64,000 nucleotides of DNA from a virus. Below, one piece after another: positions 45,147-54,060 of this stretch. The position numbers and the translations under genes are program-made. The notes beneath the pieces were generated by a model. It was not told the origin of the DNA. It saw only the letters and a program-made list of their open reading frames with translations, and made no database searches. The DNA lies in the IMG/VR virus record IMGVR_UViG_3300005573_000057, positions 32,001 through 96,000 of that record; one strand, given 5' to 3'. Position 1 is the stretch's first letter; every line of letters starts with the position of its first letter.

Positions 45147-45296
45147 AGAACAAAGAAGAAATATCACATGACGCGGATTTTTGAGTTCAGCTTCTACATC
45201 ATATTCGCCATCACAATGCTTCATAGCATATTCAGCAAGATTCACTAGGTCTTCAAGACTATCCAATGCTAGTTTCAGCAGTTCAACATCGTTCAT
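45087..45296 (-). CDS. Hypothetical protein whose C-terminus reads into the IS fragment
   Basis: AAGGA ribosome-binding site; MNDVELLKLAL. Confidence 0.6.
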   Translation of the reverse strand: MNDVELLKLALDSLEDLVNLAEYAMKHCDGEYDVEAELKNPRHVIFLLCSRLAPAGRNPPPFNCGKNGE

Positions 45297-45306
45297 GACA
45301 AATTCC

Positions 45307-45936
45307 TTATGCGTTGTTCTCGAAGACATGGGAAGTTTCAAAGACCCGAGAGTTACCAGAAACTACAGCATCCCCATAGACGCGAGAATTCTCAGAGACC
45401 CGAGCATCGCCGAAAACCAACGCATCCCCGCAGACCTCGGCATTATCGACTACCCGAGCATACCCAAAGACTTTACCATTTTCGTAGACCCAAGCAGTCC
45501 CCAAGATCCAACAATTTCCGTGGACACGAGCACCCCCGAAGATCCGCGCATCCATGTAAACCCAAGCATGCTCGAAGACATGAGCAACGTCATAGACCCG
45601 AGCATACCCACAAACCCAAGCACACCCGTAAACCGCAGAATCCCCGTAAACCCGAGAATTCCCATAGACCTCAGAATCCCCGGAGACAAGAGCATTTTCA
45701 AAGACCCTAGAATTCTCAAAGACTTGAGCATTCTCGTAGACATGGGCATTCCCGTAGACACGAGCATTATCGGAAACCCAACAATTTCCATCTTGACTCA
45801 AATTCTTTTCGGATTCGAGATAACCGCCTTTGTCGCCTGCACGAACAGCACCGAAATCGCGCAGAGCGCGGATACGGTAAAGGACTCGCCCATCGACTTC
45901 AACAGTTTCATCTTTCAAAAGTTCGTACTTGTTCAT
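45307..45936 (-). CDS. Hexapeptide-repeat protein, paralog 7
   Basis: Conserved head plus hexads. Confidence 0.88.
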   Translation of the reverse strand: MNKYELLKDETVEVDGRVLYRIRALRDFGAVRAGDKGGYLESEKNLSQDGNCWVSDNARVYGNAHVYENAQVFENSRVFENALVSGDSEVYGNSRVYGDSAVYGCAWVCGYARVYDVAHVFEHAWVYMDARIFGGARVHGNCWILGTAWVYENGKVFGYARVVDNAEVCGDALVFGDARVSENSRVYGDAVVSGNSRVFETSHVFENNA

Positions 45937-46008
45937 GATTAACTCCTTATCAACATTTACAACTGCATTATAGACCATCCACCAAAGAAATCAAGAAGAA
46001 ATTTCTTG
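45937..46008 (-). promoter_or_regulatory. Cassette promoter/leader repeat copy 6
   Basis: Reverse complement: gaaatttcttcTTGATTtctttggtggatggtcTATAATgcagttgtaaatgttgataaggagttaatc. Confidence 0.82.
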
Positions 46009-46077
46009 ATTCCGGGAGACCCGAGCATTCCCAGAAATCCGAGAACACCCAAAAACGCGACCATTTCTGTAGACCTC
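45991..46077 (-). pseudogene. 3' remnant of a hexapeptide gene (EVYRNGRVFGCSRISGNARVSRNQEISS*)
   Basis: Hexads plus EISS*, directly after the stop of the outer-membrane protein gene. Confidence 0.8.
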
Positions 46078-46513
46078 AAGATCCAAACTTGAATACAAGT
46101 TGCAAACCAAGAACCCCAGAAGTGCCTTTGACAGTTGGAGGAATAACCATCAAATTAAAACCATAATTTGAGTGACGATACGCCACGAGTAAACCACCAA
46201 TAACCGGAGTTTCATATCCGGTAGCTGGGCCACCAAACGCACCCAATGCAAAGTCGCCAAGATGAATAGGTGTATAAGAAGCAACAAAATAGACAGTCTG
46301 TTGATAATAGCTGTTCTTGTACTCTCCGCCAGAAATTCCCCAATTTCCAACATCATACTCTAATCCAACACCAGCGTTGACCTGATCGAAACCACGGTCA
46401 GGAAAGTGTCGGCTCACCGTTGTCACGGCACCATATAAACCATCAGCGTGTGCCATCGGCATCGCAACAAGTACGCTCAACATCATAAACAAACTCAAGA
46501 ACATCTTTTTCAT
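46076..46513 (-). CDS. Secreted outer-membrane beta-barrel protein (possibly PagP-like)
   Basis: Signal peptide ending AHA; SRH, N.GVGLEY, YKNSY, TGY; amphipathic C-terminal strand LQLVFKF. Confidence 0.65.
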   Translation of the reverse strand: MKKMFLSLFMMLSVLVAMPMAHADGLYGAVTTVSRHFPDRGFDQVNAGVGLEYDVGNWGISGGEYKNSYYQQTVYFVASYTPIHLGDFALGAFGGPATGYETPVIGGLLVAYRHSNYGFNLMVIPPTVKGTSGVLGLQLVFKFGS

Positions 46514-46592
46514 GATAAATTCTCCAAATGTTTGAAAAACGAGATAAATTCACGAACCTCAATTAACATCATACCACACAGACGCCACCTTG

Positions 46593-49133
46593 TCAATCAT
46601 CAAAAAATGCTTCCAGACTCGACCGTTCTTCAACATCCAGATCGGCTACCGAACACATCTTAGACAATGGCGACAAGAACAGCTTATCAAACATTGTATC
46701 ATAGTCAAACATCTTTTCCATTCCCAATTCTGGTGGAATTTCTCCAACAAATCCAAACACATTTTCCCTTGTTCTGTTCGGAGTTTTCAAATAAAAATAC
46801 TTCATTTTAGATCCGTTGTAGATCATTGGATACTGAACACTATCGAACTTTCCTTTCTCCATCGCATCATTGTAGAGCAACGCTGCCCTCACATAGATTG
46901 GAGTTTTGGCAACGTATACAACACCGTTGCGATTTGACGACTTATACTTTTCAAGCCCATTGACGCCAACCGTAAACGAAATTTTGTTGATCGGAGACTC
47001 GTAAAATGCTTTCTTCACATCCTTGACATATTGGATGATCTTGGCCTGATCACCGTCCAAGATGTAATTCAGAGATTCTTTCAAACGGTTTTGAATAAGT
47101 TTTGGTGTCGTTGAACGTACAATTTCCAAGCCAACAACTTTAAGAACCGGCTCGTGATAGTAAACACCCTCATTGTATAAAACGCGCATGACATAGCGTT
47201 TCTTCGCAACATACAAGATGTGATCACCGATTGCTTCGAGTTTGAAACTAATGAAATTTTCTTTGAATCCGACCTTTTCAAGTTGGTTGTTAACAATTCG
47301 TTGAATAGCAGGTTGGAGCTTATCAATTGCATATCGTTCAATCATTCTGACGATTTTTGCTTTGTCTGTTCGATCTACAATTGGATAAATAAACTTTTCA
47401 ACAATGGATTGAAGGTCAATATACATGCTGTCTGTATCACCAGCAATCACGTTGGCTTGAACATTCCCCAAATATCGACCCAAAGACATTTCACATGATC
47501 GAATGATGTATTGACCGCCAGCAGTGATTGCTTCTGCCAAGTCAATGTCGAAGAATCTGAAAAACTTGTTGCCAAGCGCCCCATATGCAGAATTGAGCAA
47601 AAGCTTAAAGGCGTTCTGCATCGAGTTCAAACGAGATATTTCAATTGCAACATTGGTTGCATCTTCGCCACTATACTCTCCAGATTCAAGACGCTTCTTG
47701 AGTGCAAGCATTTCCCCCTTAACCTTCTTGCGACGGATAAAGTAGTATCGAAACAACCGTGGAATGAATCCTTCTTTCGTTAAATCAAACAGTACCCCGT
47801 TCGCAGCAATGCAAGTCCCTTCTGGGCGTTCCACAGCTTCGACACGATCCAAAAGCGTCTGGGGATTTACATTTTCCATCCTATACAGCTTTGTATCGGG
47901 GCTAATGTTCCATGTGATAGCTGTGCTCGGATACAGGGAAGTCGCGTCCACACTGCACGACCATCCATAATTTTTTGGAATTGGTTCAATAACATAGGCA
48001 CCATCATAACTTTGCGACCGAGCTTCTTTTGGTGGATCAAAGACAACATTTCTTCGTTCAAAGTCGTTGTAAATGATGCTTTCCCAAGTTTTGACTGGCG
48101 AGTATGCATCTTCAAAGTTCTCTTTTGCTTCATACCCTACAGAACAATGTTGATCAATGTATCCAAGCTTGTTGTCCAACACATCCACGACCCTAACGTC
48201 ATCAATGTTATAGAGGACAAACCGATTCCAATGTTTCGTATAAAGTTCGACAAAGCCACCTGATAAATCCTCAAAGGTGTTCTTTTGAACTTCCACGTTT
48301 TCATGTTCAGCAATAAATCCAAGCGTCCATGATTCTCGGCTTCCCGATGCATACTTTTTATACAGCGCCAACAAGTCAAGTTGCGAAACTCCGGGAATCC
48401 GAATAACATCAATTTCTTTGTTGTTGTAACCCTTTTCAACATCTTGGTAAACAGTACCCCAAGGAGAAAGGCTATTGGCTCTTTCTTCACCCACTACTCG
48501 CGCAGAACGAGCATAGATGTACGGCATATCAAACCCGTCTGAGTTCCACCCACTTACAACATCCGGGTATGAGGATGCCCATTCTGCCAAAAACTTGTTC
48601 AGCAAGTCAGCTTCGCTAGAACACTGAATGTAGTACCATTTCAACGGTAACTCACCATCAAAAGGTTTGACTCCAAACGTCTTCCCAATTTTTGTTGTTC
48701 GATTGTACAAAGAAATAAGGAGAATGGCCTGAACCGGATTAGATGGAACAGGAATACCCATACCGGGAATAATTTCGGTTTCAATGTCAACGATTACAAC
48801 ATTCAACAGACTCACATCATAGGATGTTGGCAAAGTTGCCATAAACTGTTGAATATAGTTCTGGTTCCCGTAAATTTCTTGGCCATGAACACCATCAAAT
48901 TGCTTTACATAAGACTTCGCATCGTTAATACAGTCAAACTCATATGGAACAACATTGTCACCACCTAAGCTTTTCCATTCGCTTTCACGATCTGTTTTTT
49001 TAAACAGCTTTGGCTTAAACTTAACACGCTCAAGGGTTCTTTGATGCGTGTAAGTATCAATCCCTCGTACCAACAGCGTGTTGCCATACGGGGCAACATG
49101 TGTATACTGGAATGTCGATTTAGTGTAGTCCAT
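46593..49133 (-). CDS. gp43: Family B DNA polymerase
   Basis: DIET, GWNSDGFD, YNIDD, DATSLYPS, KLLLNSAYG, GDTDS, KKRY. Confidence 0.97.
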   Translation of the reverse strand: MDYTKSTFQYTHVAPYGNTLLVRGIDTYTHQRTLERVKFKPKLFKKTDRESEWKSLGGDNVVPYEFDCINDAKSYVKQFDGVHGQEIYGNQNYIQQFMATLPTSYDVSLLNVVIVDIETEIIPGMGIPVPSNPVQAILLISLYNRTTKIGKTFGVKPFDGELPLKWYYIQCSSEADLLNKFLAEWASSYPDVVSGWNSDGFDMPYIYARSARVVGEERANSLSPWGTVYQDVEKGYNNKEIDVIRIPGVSQLDLLALYKKYASGSRESWTLGFIAEHENVEVQKNTFEDLSGGFVELYTKHWNRFVLYNIDDVRVVDVLDNKLGYIDQHCSVGYEAKENFEDAYSPVKTWESIIYNDFERRNVVFDPPKEARSQSYDGAYVIEPIPKNYGWSCSVDATSLYPSTAITWNISPDTKLYRMENVNPQTLLDRVEAVERPEGTCIAANGVLFDLTKEGFIPRLFRYYFIRRKKVKGEMLALKKRLESGEYSGEDATNVAIEISRLNSMQNAFKLLLNSAYGALGNKFFRFFDIDLAEAITAGGQYIIRSCEMSLGRYLGNVQANVIAGDTDSMYIDLQSIVEKFIYPIVDRTDKAKIVRMIERYAIDKLQPAIQRIVNNQLEKVGFKENFISFKLEAIGDHILYVAKKRYVMRVLYNEGVYYHEPVLKVVGLEIVRSTTPKLIQNRLKESLNYILDGDQAKIIQYVKDVKKAFYESPINKISFTVGVNGLEKYKSSNRNGVVYVAKTPIYVRAALLYNDAMEKGKFDSVQYPMIYNGSKMKYFYLKTPNRTRENVFGFVGEIPPELGMEKMFDYDTMFDKLFLSPLSKMCSVADLDVEERSSLEAFFDD

Positions 49134-49189
49134 GCAAAATTCTCAAAAAGATCAGTGTACTCTACACCACGATGAAAAACAAGATTACA

Positions 49190-49462
49190 TCACGTAGTAA
49201 ATTCTGTAGGGTCTCCGGCAGTTATAATAGCTCCGCATCCTGTAACAGATCCTACACAAGCAACCTCTTTTCCTTCCACAATTTTTGTGGTTGCTGGTGT
49301 TGCGACGATTGGTGTAATACCATGTCCCTTTATCGGACATATATGTAAATCACCAATCCTTGCAATCAACTTACCACCCGAGTATGAATGCTGAGTAGAC
49401 ACAGATAGTATATAACCACCATGACTACTCGGATCACCAAGTCTCGCTACTTGATCTGCCAC
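49190..49462 (-). CDS. PAAR spike-tip protein (gp5.4-like)
   Basis: VARLGD.SSHGG, IARIGD..CP..GHG, VACVGS.TGCGA.I. Confidence 0.9.
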   Translation of the reverse strand: MADQVARLGDPSSHGGYILSVSTQHSYSGGKLIARIGDLHICPIKGHGITPIVATPATTKIVEGKEVACVGSVTGCGAIITAGDPTEFTT

Positions 49463-49464
49463 GA

Positions 49465-49866
49465 TTAGAACCGAATGAAGTATTCTTTAGAGAACGATCC
49501 CCATTTGTCAGCACGCGGCCCAATCAGTTCGCCACGGTCTTCTAGGGGATAATACAGAGCGATGCAATCTTGATCAAGGGCGCGGGCCAGTTCATTGCAC
49601 AGTCCAGTGGGGTTATTTGAACGCATCTTCACAACCAGAGTTGGCTCTGTATCGGACGTTTGAGTTCTGAATTGTGCGCTGCCCTCCGCAAATTTATTGC
49701 ACAAATTTCGTGCCACCGACTCATTGGCTCGAACTTCATCTGGGGTGTTTGCACGATCATTGATATACAAACCAACGTTCAACTCGATCAGTTTTGTGTC
49801 ATCCGATTCAATGATAATCTGTTTGACGGCATTGACAAGATCTTGGCTAATTTCTGACAATTGCAT
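49465..49866 (-). CDS. Hypothetical protein, possible SAM-lyase-like fold
   Basis: TEPTLVV and LARALDQDCIALY recall the T3 SAMase TEEKTV / EQDCVLVY motifs. Confidence 0.45.
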   Translation of the reverse strand: MQLSEISQDLVNAVKQIIIESDDTKLIELNVGLYINDRANTPDEVRANESVARNLCNKFAEGSAQFRTQTSDTEPTLVVKMRSNNPTGLCNELARALDQDCIALYYPLEDRGELIGPRADKWGSFSKEYFIRF

Positions 49867-49988
49867 GGTGTTTCCTTTGTAAGTATTCAGTAGTTAGTGT
49901 AGCAGAAGTTGTAAACCTGATGGTGAAAAATGTCTGTGAATTGGATTTCGTGTGCTCCTAGTTGTTGGTATCGCGTTGTTCCGATAAC

Positions 49989-50046
49989 TGAACTATAGCA
50001 GAAAAATTTCCGATATGCTCACTTGTTAACAGACTTTTACATCTTT
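49989..50046 (-). repeat. Dispersed promoter-associated repeat, copy 2
   Basis: See 44010-44067. Confidence 0.75.
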
Positions 50047-50091
50047 CGCATCCTTCCCCGCCCCGAAAGGGGGGGTCTGTCTCTCAACTGA

Positions 50092-50568
50092 TCAAATCTG
50101 AGGGTAAACCAAGGAAAGATGCTCAAGAACAGCAGACCAATTTGGATAAAATTGTGATCCAAAATGAATGATTTTTCCAGGAAAATTGGAACAGTTCGCC
50201 TTGTGAATCCGATCATCGACAAGAAAATCTCGGTATGATCCAAGAATTCCCTTGTCTTGAGTCAGGATGATCTTTTTTTGAAGATCCGGCAAATACTCCT
50301 TAATCCAATCCACCTTTTCTGCATAGGAGTGCGGAACACTTGGCGGCGGTTTTGAAGCAACCCAAACATCAAACCCCATTTGTTGTATTTTTGCCACGGA
50401 AGCGATTGCATCCGGCATTGGCGGCATTTCCCTAAAAAAATTCGGATGATCCATGAACCATTCATCCGTGAAATCATCGTTACCGAGCTTGAATCCAAGA
50501 TTAACAGCATGCGACTCGAAATCAACCAGTACACCGTCCATATCAATAAAAATTTTTCGTTGTTTCAT
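50092..50568 (-). CDS. 5'(3')-deoxyribonucleotidase (HAD)
   Basis: DMDGVLVDF, FF..MPP, EK..WI, LVDDR. Confidence 0.9.
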   Translation of the reverse strand: MKQRKIFIDMDGVLVDFESHAVNLGFKLGNDDFTDEWFMDHPNFFREMPPMPDAIASVAKIQQMGFDVWVASKPPPSVPHSYAEKVDWIKEYLPDLQKKIILTQDKGILGSYRDFLVDDRIHKANCSNFPGKIIHFGSQFYPNWSAVLEHLSLVYPQI

Positions 50569-50594
50569 ATCAAACTCCTTACACACATTCTACA

Positions 50595-50825
50595 TCAATC
50601 AAGAAACGAAGTCAAGGCATTCGACGATTTAGGCAAGTAGCCAAGTGATTGAAAGTCGATTTCCAGGCGATCACGTAGGGGCATTGACATAAGTGACTGA
50701 ATAGTTTCAATGTCGAGTTCTTCTTCCTCGATCATTTCTGTCAAAAGTTCCAGATGCGTCTTTTTTTCATTCAAAACACGCATTTCGATATAAGATGCAA
50801 ATTCCGCTGCACTAGAGAACACCAT
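50595..50825 (-). CDS. gp33: Late transcription coactivator
   Basis: F...IE..V......LE......EEELDIE...L.S.PL.DRLE....LGYL pattern near rnh. Confidence 0.78.
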   Translation of the reverse strand: MVFSSAAEFASYIEMRVLNEKKTHLELLTEMIEEEELDIETIQSLMSMPLRDRLEIDFQSLGYLPKSSNALTSFLD

Positions 50826-50826
50826 G

Positions 50827-51471
50827 TCATTTCACTCCAGGTTGTTTAACGACTTTTGGCCGACCAGATACGGCCTTGAAAATTCCATCAATGATACGCC
50901 CAACTTGGTGTCTGCCGTTTGGTTCTACACGAACAACCTTGGTTGGATCTGTAGAATGTGGTTCGTAGAAAACATCTTGGGATGCAGAAAGAGTAGCAAG
51001 ATCATCAATGGTAGCAACTGGTGCCACGACTTCGGGAGTTGTAGGATTCAAAATCAGATCATCCCACCCATAAATCTTTGCCAACTCTTTATAGGGAATG
51101 TTAGGGTACAAAAGATCAAGCTTTTGATCCTTTACAGCAATCAAAATTTCACACTCGGGCTTCGTCAAGCCGGTCAAGAGTTCAATGAAAATAGACTCGC
51201 GCTGCACTGCGCGAACATCTGCGCGACAAAACACATAAAACCTGCGCAGTTCGTTGTTCAGATTCACAGCAGTCATTGCGTAAGGAGCCGGATCAAACTT
51301 GTAATTCTCTGGTGCCCCTTCTGGAAGTAGAAACTTTTGACCAGAACGAATTGCATGATTCAGAAGCAGCTTGAGCGCAGAAGATCCAGCAACATCATGA
51401 ACACGATCCGGGTTTTCATTGAGCCACACAATCAGTTCATAAATGCGTGTCGGAGGCGTATTTTGATTCAT
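50827..51471 (-). CDS. Conserved T4-like hypothetical protein
   Basis: FLLPEG.P..K, L..ELRRFYVF, RES.FI.LL.GL...E..IL.AVKDQKL; its start ATGAA is the IscB insertion site. Confidence 0.75.
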   Translation of the reverse strand: MNQNTPPTRIYELIVWLNENPDRVHDVAGSSALKLLLNHAIRSGQKFLLPEGAPENYKFDPAPYAMTAVNLNNELRRFYVFCRADVRAVQRESIFIELLTGLTKPECEILIAVKDQKLDLLYPNIPYKELAKIYGWDDLILNPTTPEVVAPVATIDDLATLSASQDVFYEPHSTDPTKVVRVEPNGRHQVGRIIDGIFKAVSGRPKVVKQPGVK

Positions 51472-52885
51472 CATTTTCGCGTGAAACCTCGGCATTATTG
51501 CCGAGTAGGTAGAGCGCAGAACGCTTCGCGTTCGTTGCTTTGTGGCGTACCTGTTCACTCTCCTTTTTTGCCACAGTTGAATAACCATAACCATCCGCAC
51601 GTTGTACCAAAGTACAGTGCTTGTAGGATATGCCTTGAACGACACCCGTTGCGGTTTGTATATTGAAGTATCCATTTGCACGAACCACTAAGCGCCCAGA
51701 ATGGATTCCAGATTTCTTACCAGTAGGAACACTGGCCTTAACCATATCACCCGTCTGGAAACCTTTGATACTCTTTTTCCTAGTTAGGTATCCACGCGGA
51801 AATCCGAATGCATTCAACTGTGTGCGCTGATAGCGTCCTCGACCTGTACACTTAATTGCCAGTGTCGGTCTTTGCCAGCCCGTAACGGAACTAACTCGAC
51901 CTACGCATACCGCATCAAGCGCGTGTGTTTTCGGAATACCGAGTTGCATACGATTGAATTTCGTCAAACCGCCTGAACCTGTTGTGACCGGAACGTTAAC
52001 AGCTTTGAGCGCATTGAACAACGCCCAACGGGTTGAATTAACCGCCGATGCGTCTTTAAGAGGTCGTTTTGCTTGAGCCAAAATACGATCAAGTCGTTTG
52101 GTATCGTTCGCCAAGAATACGCGAACATCCTGCGCACCTTTTTTCTGGTTGCATGATTGGCAAGCCAAGGCCAGATTCGAGACCCGATTGCTTCCGCCTT
52201 TAGATCGAGGATGGATGTGCTCAATCTGTAATGGCACATCTTTTGCACCGCAGTACGCGCAAACCCTGTTCCACTTGTTGAGCAGATATTCGCGCACTTC
52301 ATAACCGGCTAATGTGCCTTGTTGATACTCAACACCAGAAATTTCCACATTCTGCATTTTTTGCATATCAAACCGAACCAGTTCCTGAGCAATACCAGCA
52401 ACCGGCACCACACGTTGAAAACGATTGACCCATGCAACGGTTGTATCAACCCGGTGTTGTAGAGAAGGAGCTAACCAACCTTTAGGTTTTGTCCGATTGT
52501 CGAAACGGGCTGGCCTATACCGCAACTTGGAACGACGAAAACTTCGATGTTGCCTCCGTGCCGTTAAAGCCTCGCTAATCTGACGCCCGCGATGCAACAA
52601 TTCAAAAAGATTAAGCACATGGACACCAACACTAATTTCACCACTTTCCGCATCAATTTTCTCTGATTCTCTGACCACTGCAATACCTGTAAACTTACTA
52701 CCCGGATCAATTTTTACCTTGATCGGTTGTAATACACAACTGGAAACTTCACGATCAACAATGCGTATCGAAAACGGGATCAGCCGATGAACACGCGCAC
52801 GACCAGACGCGAGCAGTTTTTTTGCTCGTTTCTCGCTGCACGGCATCAGCGGTTTTCCTCGTTTGTCGATTACAAATACTGCCAT
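51437..52885 (-). CDS. iscB: RNA-guided endonuclease IscB
   Basis: PLMP domain, RuvC-I IDPGSK, Arg-rich bridge helix, RuvC-II ELVRFD, HNH CAYC..IEHI.PRSKGGSN..NL..AC..CN, RuvC-III HALDA; all catalytic residues intact. Confidence 0.96.
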   Translation of the reverse strand: MAVFVIDKRGKPLMPCSEKRAKKLLASGRARVHRLIPFSIRIVDREVSSCVLQPIKVKIDPGSKFTGIAVVRESEKIDAESGEISVGVHVLNLFELLHRGRQISEALTARRQHRSFRRSKLRYRPARFDNRTKPKGWLAPSLQHRVDTTVAWVNRFQRVVPVAGIAQELVRFDMQKMQNVEISGVEYQQGTLAGYEVREYLLNKWNRVCAYCGAKDVPLQIEHIHPRSKGGSNRVSNLALACQSCNQKKGAQDVRVFLANDTKRLDRILAQAKRPLKDASAVNSTRWALFNALKAVNVPVTTGSGGLTKFNRMQLGIPKTHALDAVCVGRVSSVTGWQRPTLAIKCTGRGRYQRTQLNAFGFPRGYLTRKKSIKGFQTGDMVKASVPTGKKSGIHSGRLVVRANGYFNIQTATGVVQGISYKHCTLVQRADGYGYSTVAKKESEQVRHKATNAKRSALYLLGNNAEVSRENDESKYASDTHL

Positions 52886-53173
52886 TTACTTCCTTAAATG
52901 CGCTTACGCGCCTAGTGACGGAGACCTTACGGCCTCGCTCCCCTCGGGAATGTCTGTAACCGGCTCCTGCCTTGCGGCAGCGACTAGAACCTTCGGGCCT
53001 TTACCTTTGCCCAGCATGATCCTAATCTTCCAGTGTCCGGGACTGAGGAAGCATCCCGGAGTGGGTCTCAACGACCTGTTACAAACGTAGCGGATTGGAT
53101 ACCGCTTTCCCTGGTCAACCAAGCTATCAACCTTACGGTTTCTAGCTCCAGCCCGAAAGCCGGGGTAATTGAC
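51472..53173 (-). mobile_element. IS200/IS605-superfamily IscB element (no tnpA)
   Basis: Follows TTCAT and ends TTGAC on the + strand; subterminal hairpins ctcggcattattgccgag and ccagcccgaaagccgg; removing it restores a TAATG rnh/next-gene junction. Confidence 0.9.
52890..53173 (-). ncRNA. IscB omegaRNA (HEARO-like)
   Basis: Structured non-coding region with GNRA/UUCG hairpins upstream of iscB; second copy at 32490-32761. Confidence 0.88.
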
Positions 53174-54060
53174 TAAAAATCGTTAATCCGATCAACTAAA
53201 TGTCGGTTTTTTTCCAAAAAATAGTTATACATGCCCATCTTGTTTTTCTTTGGTACTTCTTTTTGATACTCTTTCACAATCTCTTTCGCTAAAGAAGTAG
53301 GTATCTGACTCAGATCAATCAAACGTCGATTCCGAGTATATCCAGCTTCGGCTTTCCAATACCGCCTACCGCTGTTAGTTTTTGTCTCGGCCAAAACTTG
53401 TTGCGTAATTGGCAACTGTTTTTTCTTATCGACAAATGACATATCATGGCTTCGAGCGTTAGGAATTCCATCACTACGATCACCGCGCATGATCAACTCG
53501 TGAAGTTGCTCTAGTGCTTGTTCTTGCGTCAGTTTGAAATATTCGTCTTTGATAGAACTGTATTGAGCAACATTCGGAAACCGATGTAGTTGCTTGAAAT
53601 CCTTATCACCAGACACAATCAAAATGTCTTGTGGCCTTTTCTCTCCAAACTCGTCCTGAATCAGTTCATTGAATTGCGACCAAATAGTCAATACACCAAT
53701 AATATCATCAGCTTCCGCATATTCGACTTCAATCAACCTGTACGGGAAACATTGCTTGATACCAGTTTTCATATCATCAACAGTTTCTCGAATTTCATCC
53801 CACGGTAAGGTAGACGCTTTGCGTATTGCTTCGCGGCTATGCTTATATGGAGGAAAAACACTTCGACGCCAATATTTATCGTTGTCGATTGCGATACACA
53901 ATTCCCCGTACTTTGTTCCAAACTTTCGTTTGATTCGAATCAATGACGAAAAAAGGCTTTCCATCAAAAGTTGTGACACATCAGACGGGCGAGCCGCAAA
54001 ATCACGCTCAAGAACGTGAGAGTTTGCGTGGATCATCGCACTGAAATCAACAAGGATCAT
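53173..54060 (-). CDS. rnh: RNase H / 5'-3' exonuclease
   Basis: LVDFS, YWRR..FP.YK, EADDII, SGDKDFKQL, GDRSDGIPN, RN..LID. Confidence 0.95.
   Translation of the reverse strand: MILVDFSAMIHANSHVLERDFAARPSDVSQLLMESLFSSLIRIKRKFGTKYGELCIAIDNDKYWRRSVFPPYKHSREAIRKASTLPWDEIRETVDDMKTGIKQCFPYRLIEVEYAEADDIIGVLTIWSQFNELIQDEFGEKRPQDILIVSGDKDFKQLHRFPNVAQYSSIKDEYFKLTQEQALEQLHELIMRGDRSDGIPNARSHDMSFVDKKKQLPITQQVLAETKTNSGRRYWKAEAGYTRNRRLIDLSQIPTSLAKEIVKEYQKEVPKKNKMGMYNYFLEKNRHLVDRINDF

Noticed and set aside
50827-51681. 284-aa version of the conserved hypothetical protein
   Set aside because: The first ~70 residues are an alternate frame of iscB; the native start is the ATG at 51471.
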